The notes beneath the pieces were generated by a model. It did no database searches, had not been told where the DNA came from, and worked only from the letters and a program-made list of their open reading frames with translations. 64,000 nt of DNA, taken from NCBI GenBank assembly GCA_051362555.1, contig CM120640.1:71216788-71280787 (forward strand), given 5' to 3'. Shown one piece after another: positions 11,888 through 23,800 of this stretch. Source of the DNA: Lingula anatina (taxonomy: Eukaryota; Animalia; Brachiopoda). The position numbers and the translations under genes were made by a program. Position 1 is the first letter of the stretch. Every line of letters begins with the position of its first letter.

Positions 11888-14800
11888 TCATGCATGCACA
11901 TGCCTATAAATACAAGGACTTACTATTTCTGAAAAATGCAAGTATCAAGGTCATGCAACTCTATAAAGATGTTCCAAAAGCATAAATACAACACTCAAAT
12001 TTCTGGATTTGCAGATATATCCAAATGTCTTTCAGCTCTATAATCATTTGTCTGTAAGCAGTCTACAGGTAACATTTCCAAGTTTGGTGCCAGTGATCTA
12101 CTGTGAAATACTCACTGTATTATCTTTTATCTGCTCCATCAACTCATCTCTAACTTTTTCTAAATCTTGAACTTTATTTCTGAAGAGAAACAATAAAGGA
12201 ATACATCGAGTATTCATCTACAATTTGTTTATAATTTGAATTGCAGTGACACCTTTTTATATGATATGATAATCTCAAAAATTACAAGAAGTCAAATGAT
12301 TAAACATACTTGTTAGCATTATCCAAACCCACCTTTACTGAATACACATCTCCAGCAAAAGTTTAACTTTCAGAATTATCATGCAGTGTAATAAATCCAA
12401 CCTTCTATGAATAATCATATCTATTTAACACTGTATATGCCTCTTACCTCATGGTTTTGTTTTCTGCCTCCAGATGATCAATTTTAGTCTTCAGTTGTTC
12501 TCCATCATACACCTTAGACAGGGACGGCTCACTCTGCAACACCAACCACATTGTGAACATGTCAATGACTAATATCAACAAAAAAATATGTTCTTTCAAA
12601 TGTGTTATTTTCTTTTAATCATTCTAGTATGGATTTCTAAATTTTCTGAAAAAAAACCAACAAACTACAAAACTTATTCTTCATGAAGGTATTTTGAAAA
12701 AAAAAGTTCGGTTCAACCTCAAGTACCTACCTATAACTGGGGGGTCTACAGCCAAATTACATGTTCTCCACAGAGAGAAGCATGACAGAGATAGAAGGTC
12801 AAAAGTTCAGGGGTCAGAGTTCAAGATTGGAAAGTTCTATGACAGAGGGTGTAATTCTAGCATTTTTGTCATACTCTTTAAACATAAGTAAATGAAAAAA
12901 TAAGCACAAAATTATAAAAGACAAAAGTGAGGCTAGGTGAGCTATAAACAAAAAGTAGATTTTAATTAAAAAGAAAGCAGAAAAGAAACTAATAAGTGTG
13001 AATCTGAAAAGGAAAATTAACAAATCTCCCTGTGATAATCATCAAATACTTTGTATAAGAATTTGGAAATTAAATGAAAATCATGGTTCACTAAAAAAAG
13101 AATGTTTGTTTATTGCTGTTGCTGTATACATGTATATCCAGAAATATCTATATTTCTATGTTATGCACTATGAGGAAAGCACATGCATTATATTATTGGA
13201 AACAGAAAACTCTGTCTGTCTCTCTTTATATAAAATGGTTATTTCACAAGCTAAATATTCATGGTAAATAACTTACTGTTTTAGATAGAATATTTTTCTG
13301 CATCTCCAAGAGTTGGATAACTTGCTGGTTTTCAGCTCTCTCCTGAAGAAGTCTTCTGTTTTCTTCTTGGAGTCTAAAACAAATAAGGCAAAATGTTACA
13401 CAAGAAAAAATTACTATACAGGACAAACTATTCTTGTTTTATCTGACTGTGAACTGACCTCTGTATCTCCAACCCCCTACTGAACTCTAATCTGGCTACT
13501 GACCTCTGTATCTCCCCCCCACACACCCCACCAGTTACTGACCTCTGTATCTCCCCCACCCCCACCAGTTACTGACCTCTGTATCTCCCCCACCCCCACC
13601 AGTTACTGACCTCTGTATCTCCCCCACCCCCACCAGTTACTGACCTCTGTATCTCTCCCACCCCCACCCCCACCAGTTACTGACCTCTGTATCTCCCCCA
13701 CCCCCACCCCCACCAGTTACTGACCTCTGTATCTCCTCCCTGGCTTCCACCAGATCCTGATACTGAGCGTGACGCTGGTGCTGGTCTACTTTCAACATGG
13801 AACTCTGAAAGATGGGCGGTGTTAGTAAAACATTTAGATTTAATAAAATTGTCAGAATGCTTTACTATTATCAACTTAACCATGTGTATCGTTAACATGA
13901 CCAGCAAGTTTTGCTATCAAAACCATAACAATGCTCTGATGCAATGTCACAATTTTGAAGACTGACTTTTTTAGAGCTTGTTGTAGACTTTATGTACAAA
14001 GCATATTCCCAGTACCTAAATGTATAGGTTATTTACAAGCTGCACCTGGGTTATAAGCTCTGTGTATTTTTGTGCTTTTAGATTGTGAATTACTTTAATT
14101 TGTTTATGTTGCCACACATTCACGGAAATATACTTCTACTACTACCACTACTAGAAATTAAATTCCAGAAAACCAAATTTCATTTAAACCTCCCATATTC
14201 GTCTCCTACCTAAGTTTTAACCAGACCTTATTGTCATCACCCATGTTACCTGTTCCTCCATGGCCTGCAATTTATCCACATACATCTGGAGCTCTGCGTC
14301 CTTCCTGCTGGTGGAAGCTGTCAGTCTCTCACAGGTCGTCCTCCAGGACTCTAACTCCTGCTGCTGGGATGTCAAACTCTCCTTCAACTCAGAGTTCAAC
14401 CTTTGAAGTTTCTGAAATCATACGCCATTCAGATATGTAGCCATAAAAATCAAAGAATGGTTTTTCCCTTAAAATGTGGACATTTTAAAAAAATCCCTAA
14501 TTGAGACAGGTTGAGTAAAAGCATAGAACTTGAATCAAATTTTGAACTATAGCTGACCTTTTCTGGAGAAAAGGGTGGTCTTTCATCCCCACTGAGACCC
14601 CCCTGTTTAAACAGTGAATTGTTTTTAGATTATCAATTTTTTCTATTTGAAAGTAAAATACTTACAGCTTCAAGTTCGCTGCATTTAATTTCAATCTGAT
14701 TTTTTTCAGACTTGGCCTTTCTTAGATCATCCTGCAAATGGAGTCGGACATGATGACATAAGTAAAAATAAAAACCTTTATAATTTGTAGACATGAAATT

Positions 14801-17800
14801 ATTATAATTTAAATTAAAACTTATTTCTTATCTTTTGGTCAAGGGTCAATTTACCAATAATCCCAAGGCAAGGACATGATATGGCACTCTGGCTTTTAAC
14901 ACATTTTTTACACCAAACCAAAGACAATTTCAACCCAATTACCCTCAATTTCTGGTTAAATTTGTCCACCTCTTCTTTATCCTTCAGTGTTTCCTTCTTC
15001 ATATCTTCTATTTGCTGTCAGTAAATATGGTAAACAGGATTATATCTTTAACCATTCACATGTGGGATAGTAGATAGTAATAATCACAAATATTAATTTC
15101 TTGTCACAGAGTGGTATTAATGCAATCAACCTTTTTCTTTTTCTTTCTTTTAGCACTGGTTTTTGTATTATTTTATTTATCTTCACTACCAGTTCATGTA
15201 AAAGAACAAACAACCACACTGTACCTGTCTGTGAGCCTCCACCTCCTTCTCCAGTGCCGTGTTTTCATGCTGTAGGAGCTGCTGCTGTTGTACAGCATAC
15301 TGCTTGGCTGTTTCCATAGCAACCACTTGTTCTTGAGCCTGTTCTGATGCAGCTTTGGTTGCAGACAGCTGGCTGGAGAGATCCTTACTCACCTGAACAA
15401 TTGGATTAATAGCAATACAAGCAATCCAGTCAAGAATAACACATTTTCAATTATTTTTTCATAACACTGCAAACATGTCAGCCCAGTGCTGTTATACTCA
15501 ATATTTAATCAAAACACATAACAATCCTTAATCCTTGTTCTTCCAGCACTTTACCTTTCTTACTGCCTCCATTTCCTCCTCTAGCCTTCTGTTGTCCTCC
15601 ATCTTTCTGTCCACCTGTAGTTTCACCTGGGCAATCTCTGCATGAAGCTCATTCAACTGCTCTTCTGCTGCAAGTTTGGTCTGAAACAACAGGTACAGAC
15701 ACTGCCATCAAAAGATAAATGACAATTGCTATCACTGTCTAACTGTAAGTCTTTAAGGAAATTCAAAGCAGGAAATAATTAGCAAGGCATTCCACTTAAA
15801 ATCAAAGTTAAACAAATTGAGGGTTGGTTCTATGAAAGTTTCCCACCCCCCACCCACCCACCAACAAAAAGTATCAAACACTTCCAGCATACTATCTAAA
15901 AATTCCTGTTTTGCTACAATTTACAAACTCTATATTTAATCTGAGAGAGTTGTGCTGAGTGTACTCCTGACCTTGAACAGGTGCTCCTTGTCATGTGCCA
16001 GTTGCTGTAGTTTCTGGTGAAGGTCCAGTTTCTCCTGGAAATACCTCTCCTTGTCTACTGCAGTGCTGGCCAGCTTGGACTTGAGGTCAGCTAGCATGTC
16101 CTGAGTGGTGTCCAGTTGGTGGACAAGACCCTGGTTCTCCTACAACATACACACATAATGACAGACAGGGAAATGGTGGAGAATAATAACTTTAGTTTAT
16201 TGAAGAGACTTTCAAAGAAGCTAAGTGTTGAAAGCAGTTTATGATTTTTTCTTTTTAAAGTCATGTCTGGAAGTGTAATCAGAGAAACTCTTTAATCTTT
16301 CTCTAGTACAGATGTAACAGGTATGCAGTGTATTCAGTCAAGATGTACTAGTAATGTAGACAGGTAATTGGTCTGAAATGTTTCCAGGTCTCACCTCACT
16401 TAAACTCTGTAAACTCTCCACCAGCTTGCTGTTCTCTTCCTTCAGCTGCTCATTAGACATCTTCACGTCTGAGATCTGCTCAGAGACACTCTTCACTTGT
16501 GCTCTCAGGGTGTAATTTTCCTGAATGACAAGATAAAAAATTAGTCAATCTAATTCATAGAAATATTGGAAACTATTTACATTACTCACCTAAAGGGATA
16601 ATAACTCTTCATTTTGGCCAAAAAATGAATTTTCCTGGAGTAAACAACAATTTTCCCATACTTACCAATGGCTAATGAATCCAATTTTACATTCAAAGTT
16701 AGTCCCTGTTTTTTTTCTAAAAAGTTTGATTTCTTGTTATAATCTCTTAAGAGATTATAACAGAGTATAGCCATCAATGGAGGACACGTGGTCTAAAGAC
16801 AAGCTCAGATATCAGAATAATAGCTATAACTGCCGTTTTTGTGGTACTACAGAATATATTATATTTCTATGAGTTGTTCACAATGTTTTTATTGTGAAAT
16901 ATAGATCTCATACGAAGAGTTATTATCCCTTTAACTTCACAAATACCTTCTATAGATAACACCACCATCATAATAATTAACCAACTTGTTTCCCAGACCA
17001 TCTGCGGTCATCCACCACATTTGAAGTATATCCATATACGCAAGCACTCATAACTGCTCTTTTACACAGAGACATAATAAATAACTAAAAGATAGATGGT
17101 GCCACTATCTCACCTCCTTCAAAGCCCCTAATTCCTGTCGCTGGTCCTGGACTTCATTTTCCAATGTTTCATTTCTGCTCCTTGCAATATCAGCAGATTC
17201 CTTCAGAGCAGACATCTCTTTTATCATCGTATCCTTGGCCTTAAGCACAATTATTTGTTTTATTCTAACATGTTTAACAAAAGCAGCTTTTCTATCTGCC
17301 AACTGACTAAATTTGTATATACTAAAACATATGTTCACTAATGTTGTATTGTTATGCTATACCCTTCTTAAATCAATATGCAGAGCAACAACTTGCAATC
17401 AATTTGGTAAACAATGAAAAAAGATTTTCCTAAACAGGAATATGGGACATTCAAAGACAAACTTGCCAATAAATTTAACACAATAATTAAGTCAAAAGAA
17501 AATATTCAAAGAAAGCTTTAACAAGGCAGCAAAGCTGTCAAATGTACAGACATAAATCAGAAAATAAAGATGCTAGCCAATGAAAAAAATGAAGATTTCA
17601 AAAAAAAAAAAAATAAATAAATAAAAATCTGATATGCTAAAAAAGCTCCATACCTTAGCCAGTTGTGAGTTCTCCTCCTCCAACATGACCAGAGCACCTG
17701 AAGTTTTATCCAGCACCTCCTTCCTCTGATGGTGGTCTGACAGCAGCAACTGGTGTTCCGTTTTCACAGACTGCAGTTCCACTTCCAATGACTCAAGTCT

Positions 17801-20800
17801 GCAAGACAAATCACATTATTTTCTTTAATATTATCTTAGTGAGACAAATATCTTAGTAAGGCAATACAAGTTCCTTGTCAAAAATTAATTTGTTTTATAT
17901 TTGCCAAACAGTTAATTTTGCCACTTAATGTAACAATTATTGCATCTGCCTAAGTTTTAAAGTTACAAATGAATACATGTAGAAGACTGAGATATAACCA
18001 GACATATCTGACACTCACCTCTTCTTCATCTGCTCTCTCTGTTGGAAGGTTTCCATTCTCAGGTGTATAAGCTTTAAAGTTACATATAAATATATGTAGA
18101 AGACTGAGATCTATATAAACAGACATATCTGACACACTAACTCTCACCTCTCTTTCATCTGCTCTCTCTGCTGGAAGGTTTCCATTCTCAAGTGCTTGTG
18201 CTTTTCTTTTTCTTTTTCTAGTTCACCAATTTTATACTTGTAATCCTACATATAAGTGTAAAGAAAAAATGATTTAACATTCATTCAAGAACAAATATAT
18301 ATAACTGTGTATGGTATTATTTTTCTTTGAAAAGAAGAATAAAATAGTTGCCCTTGCAGATACTAGTACTGTGTTTATGTTGAATTGTTTTGCCCTGCCA
18401 CATCAACTACATAAACATATTAAGCATGATCAATTATCTAGAAATATACAGGGGAAGTGCACCTATTATTAATTATACTTACTTTCTCTTTATATTTCAG
18501 ATCATCAACTTCAAAACTGTTTTCTTTCATGACACTCTCAGCTTTAGACAACCTTTCAGTCTGAATCTGAAAAACAACAATAAAAGAATAAAAGAAAAAA
18601 AATTCAGTACATGGTCGACTGGTTTTGTGTCTCCAATCATAAGTTCTCCTTTTAATATATTTTAAATTGCAAATGAAAAGTCAAAAGTTCTTGGAGACTG
18701 CTAAGTTTTTTAAATTAATTTAATCTGGACTAGTTACCCTCAGTGTCTCCTGTGCTTCCTTCAGTTTCTCCATGAGAACTGATCTCCTGTGTTCACTGTC
18801 CTGGAGCGCCTCCCTCAGTTCCTGCACTGATTTATCTGCCGTGGGCCGCGGCACCCCTCGCCATGGTGACCTCAGCTCAGCCCTATGCAGCGGCAGTGGG
18901 GAGTAGATTTCGTGGGCCGAGGAGGAGGTGTGGGGGCGTTGATGTGGAGTGGAGGAGAAGGGAGCATCATGGAAGGAAGTGTGACGACCTGAAGATGACC
19001 TTGGGGCAGATGACCTTGGCAGTGACCTTGAGTTGGTATATGACCTTGACCCTGTGTCCTCATTTAGCATGGAGCTGGTTAATACTGAAGATCTATGTTT
19101 AAATCCATTGCTGAAAATATACAAAGGAGTTATGAATATAAGGGCAATCACAATTCTAGAGTGGTTCCTATTTGTATCTAAGTATACCTGTAGGTGGCAA
19201 TTGAACTATCAGCTAACAGTCATTGTTAGTGGGCCTCCCATATTTTATATCATGAACCACATGAGTTCCACTGCGGTAATTACCGGTAAGGTATTTGTGG
19301 ATGAAGAAATGTTCTTAACATCATATTAGACATTCTAAATTTACTCTTATGAAGCAACAATTTGATTTTAAGATATTAAAGGTAAGTGTCTCAACAGAAA
19401 TAAAACTCAGCAGAAGCTGCACACCAAACTTTTGCCAGTTCTAAAAGGACTTTATTTGGCAAAAGACAGTATAATTCATTTGGCTATTTTTCATTTATTT
19501 ATAACTGCATGGTTGTAGTATTTGTCATTAAAAGGTTCAAGCAGAAACTTTGTCCTCTAAAAGGGTGGCATATTGAAGACACAAATCTAGTTAAAATCAT
19601 TCCTAACTGAGATATTTACCTGTCCCTTAGTGACTGTGAACTAAGTGTTAACTAGCTGAGATATTTACCTTATTCCACTGTCTTTATCCTGGCTATCTCT
19701 ACCTGTCCTGGACCTATACCTGTCTCTTAGTGACTGTGAACTAACTGTTAACTAGCTGAGATATTTACCTTATTCCACTGTCTGTATCCTGGCTATCTCT
19801 ACCTGTCCTGGACCTATACCTGTCTCTTAGTGACTGTGAACTAACTGTTAACTAGCTGAGATATTTACCTTATTCCACTGTCTGTATCCTGGCTATCTCT
19901 ACCTGTCCTGGACCTATACCTGTCCCTTAGTGACTGCTGCAACATGTCCAACTCTTCCTCTTTCTCCTGTCTCAGCTCTTGCTCTCTCTGCAATAACAGA
20001 ATGTGGAAAAAATTATTATATTAAAAACATAAATCATATTAGTTATTGTAATTATTAAATAGATATTTTTAATCTAGTAAGAATTGCAAAGTGGTCTTGT
20101 TATTTCCATTTCTGATCTGTTACTATCTAAAACTACTAGAAACCACAGCTGTCAGAGTACACACCCATATTTATCTGCTTTAACAAGCCAAATTATTTAC
20201 AATCAGCCAAAAGTTTTAACTTACATGCTGTACTACTCCAATTTACTACTAGACTTAAAACTGAGAGTGTTACAAATGTCACAATACTGCTCCACAATAT
20301 TAAAGCAGGGTTCTTTCTTACCTGTGCCAAATTAAATGTCTCAAACAATACATCTTGGTATCCATAAATTCATGAAAACGTATGTAAAGCTATAAAGCTG
20401 GATTTCCTTTCCTATATTGTACCATTGGTGTGTAATGAGCAAGCTATTTAGACTGAGAGGCCCTCACATCACACCTGGACACATTTGAAAGGCTGTATTA
20501 TTCTAATAGACATGTAACAATTCTTTCCTCTGCTATTTGTTCTATGTCTAGGCTTAGTTGGGAAAGCAAATACAGGTGAATACCTGTCAAAACATCCTTA
20601 ATTCAATAGCACAGGGACTTCACAGACAATGTAGGGGCAGTAAAAACCAACAAATGTGCCACAATGGAGATATACAGATATCAGTTACTGGTTCCTGCAC
20701 TGCTTTCTCCAAGGCTCATACTCTGAAGTGCCGAATAAGAGTGCCTACCGGAATAACAGTGCCCCCCGGAAAACTTTCCAAAATTAATAACAGTGCCTAG

Positions 20801-23800
20801 CGGAATAACTGTGCCCCCTGGAAAAATTCCCGATATTTAATAACAGTGCCTAGCGGAATAACTGTGCCCCCCGGAAAATTTTATCAATTTTAATAATTTC
20901 AATGAATAATTGTAATGGCAATTTTAAATTATATTCAAATCTGGAAAAATTATGTTTATTAAACATAAAAAAACACAATATCTAGACAAATTTACCTTTG
21001 ATTTTATACACATAGTTTAACATATTTTAACTATTTAGAGTAATCTCTATCACCAAGCTCCCCCGGAAAATTTTTTCAATCGAGGTGCAATTTGGTGCAT
21101 TTTAGGGTATTTATGTAATTTTTTTTTTTTTCATCTTATGTGTCACTGAATTGTCTTGTTTTAGATGTTTTGAGGAATTAATTTAGTAATGACATAACAA
21201 AGGTTTAGACAAAATTTATTTCCCTGTCTATGCATTCACTCAGTTTAGTCAATCTTGAAGTTTAAGGTTCAGCAGCAGCAGTTCCTATAATGCTAATTTA
21301 AACTTTCAAAAATTATAGAACATACTATTTCAAAAAAAAAAAAAAAAATTAACTACTTTAATACTTACAGGAATCAAGAAAAAGGGCTTCCTATATTGAA
21401 TTATTTTTGGATTGACCAAAAAGTTGATATAATATGTTGTTCTTACCATTTTTCACCTTTCTGAAAGTAACTTTGCGTGTGGGAGCGCTTCATCCTTAAA
21501 TAAAACTGCCGCAAAAAATGTTCTCTCCTGTCGTTCAGCGCAAAGCGACTCCCGCTACTAATTATACGTAGTTTGAGATGTAATTTATAATCAACAACTT
21601 CAAACACCGTGAAATGGATTTTTCAGAATTAAAGAGATTAAAATCACACTTATCACCAATTTGAGTTCTTCGTTTGTTCATTTATATGATTCTATTCAGT
21701 GATGGAAATTCATATTCAATGCACGCGAAATACTGACGTGACCCAGTTTTACAACGCTACTGCTTTCACAAAACTAACCCGTAAATCAGTAGAAAATCTT
21801 CTCCAAATTTATAAAATCAACAAAGTGCACTTAATTTTCTCCATTTTTATCAGTGAATAAACGTAAACTATAAAAACACACAACAGGCGGTCTTAATTTC
21901 GGAACATGACGAAGTGACAGAGAAAGTGTATTTGTGTCATGTGACTAAATGTTGTCGAGAGCAGTTGCCTCGTTTCGCTCTGTCTCGTATACTTCAAATA
22001 AAGCACAGAACTGCGAAAACGAGGCACTCACAGGGAGATGGCATACGCGCATGCGTATTTTCGTTACTACTAAATCAAGTGCTCAGAAGCATGGGATTAC
22101 GTACAGTATGTAAATAGAATGCCATATTTGCTTAGAAATAAATATAAATTTCAGTCAGCATGAGTGAAAATATACTTTTTGTTCCATTCAGCCCAGCGAG
22201 GCGGTGCTTTTAACAAATTTTAACGCGGCGCCTCGCTCTTTATATGCTGGAGAAACACTGCAGCTTTTATTTACGCTAAAAACAAGTTCGAGTGTACTAG
22301 TAGTGCTTGCGACAGGTCATTAATAATTATTAACTTGTCCAATGAAACGATCATCAACATTTCCGAAACGATCAAAAATATTTCCAACCGGCACAGTGAG
22401 TGCCAAATAACCGTGCCGTGTGGAAAATTATTAATCGTGCCGGGGAGAATAAGATCGTGCCGGGTGGAAAATATCCGGAAAAAAAATAAACGTGCCGGCA
22501 CGTTTATTTGGCACTTCAGAGTATGTAGGCAACACTAGGAAATTAAAGATGGACACAATCCATCTGTATATTTCCAAAATTTCTTTAAATCAAATTTGCA
22601 AATTAATCGTTTTTTTTTTTTTACAAATAGTTTTGATGCCATTTTGACACTACAGCATGAACGTGCAGAGAAATAAAAATATTATATGTATACAGGTATA
22701 ATGGTGAACACCTGATATACCTGGATGTAATTATTAAGTTAACTTCACCTGTAGAACCACTGAGGGTGGCCTCAATGTACTACATGTACTGTACCTACTC
22801 AGTCAGGTAACAATAGACTGGATACAAATCAGTTATTAGCTGGAGCTGAATGATCTACTGTCTTGCATAGGTTTGAAAAGAAATTTACCTGTCATCCAAA
22901 GGCTCTTTCGTTAGAGATTTAATCTACAACTGCCGTTATACCTACTGCTTTCAAAAGTTTACACTCCCAATGTGATTTGAATTTTTTCAAAGCCCATTAT
23001 TTCCTACTTATATCTTAAAGTATTTGTCTACACATAACTCTGTGACCCTACAAACACTTGATGTTTGCCATAACAGTCTTAAGCTCCCCATACACAGTGA
23101 ATACATGTAGGTGTCCCTGATCACGACTAGAAACCAATAACTTTTACACTTACTCACTGGCTTGGATTTGTTAGCTTTAAAACACCGCTATCAATCTACA
23201 ATTTGATTACATTTATATCTCACCTTGTCTGGCAGGTAGATAACCACTGTTAACCGTTGTCTTGTTACTCCACTATGATTGCATTTAACTGCCACTCAAC
23301 AGTTTTTTAATATCAAGGTGTGCAAATTCAAACTTCATTGCAAATTGGCTCCTTTATGTAACTGCAATACAGCAGTTTTATTGGATTACCTGTCTGACAA
23401 ATCTAATCCTGTTCACATATAACATTTACCAGAAACATTGTGTTTGCATTACTTTTATTTCTGCATAAAATTGAATCATGCAGTTGTTTTCTTTTTGTTC
23501 CATGTTTGAACACAATTTGCTTTATGCTACAGCAACCTCATTGAGTGTAACAAAATCACAAAGAAATGAAATGCATGCTTTGTGGACCTGTTGGTAAACT
23601 CAGAATGGCTTTGTGAATAAGAAATATACACTAATCCTTTCATTCGGTGATTAGTTTTAATGAACTATTTATTCTGCTTTTATCCATGCAACAAGGTGTA
23701 AATAAATCCTCTTAAGTTTGAAACCAGAAGACATTCTTTATTATACAATGTCCTCTGTTACATACACCACATACTAAATGTCTTAACATTTCTTTACTCT

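Noticed and set aside
13453-13737. CRISPR-like repeat array
   Set aside because: There are no unique spacers and no cas genes, and the context is a eukaryotic intron. It is a minisatellite.
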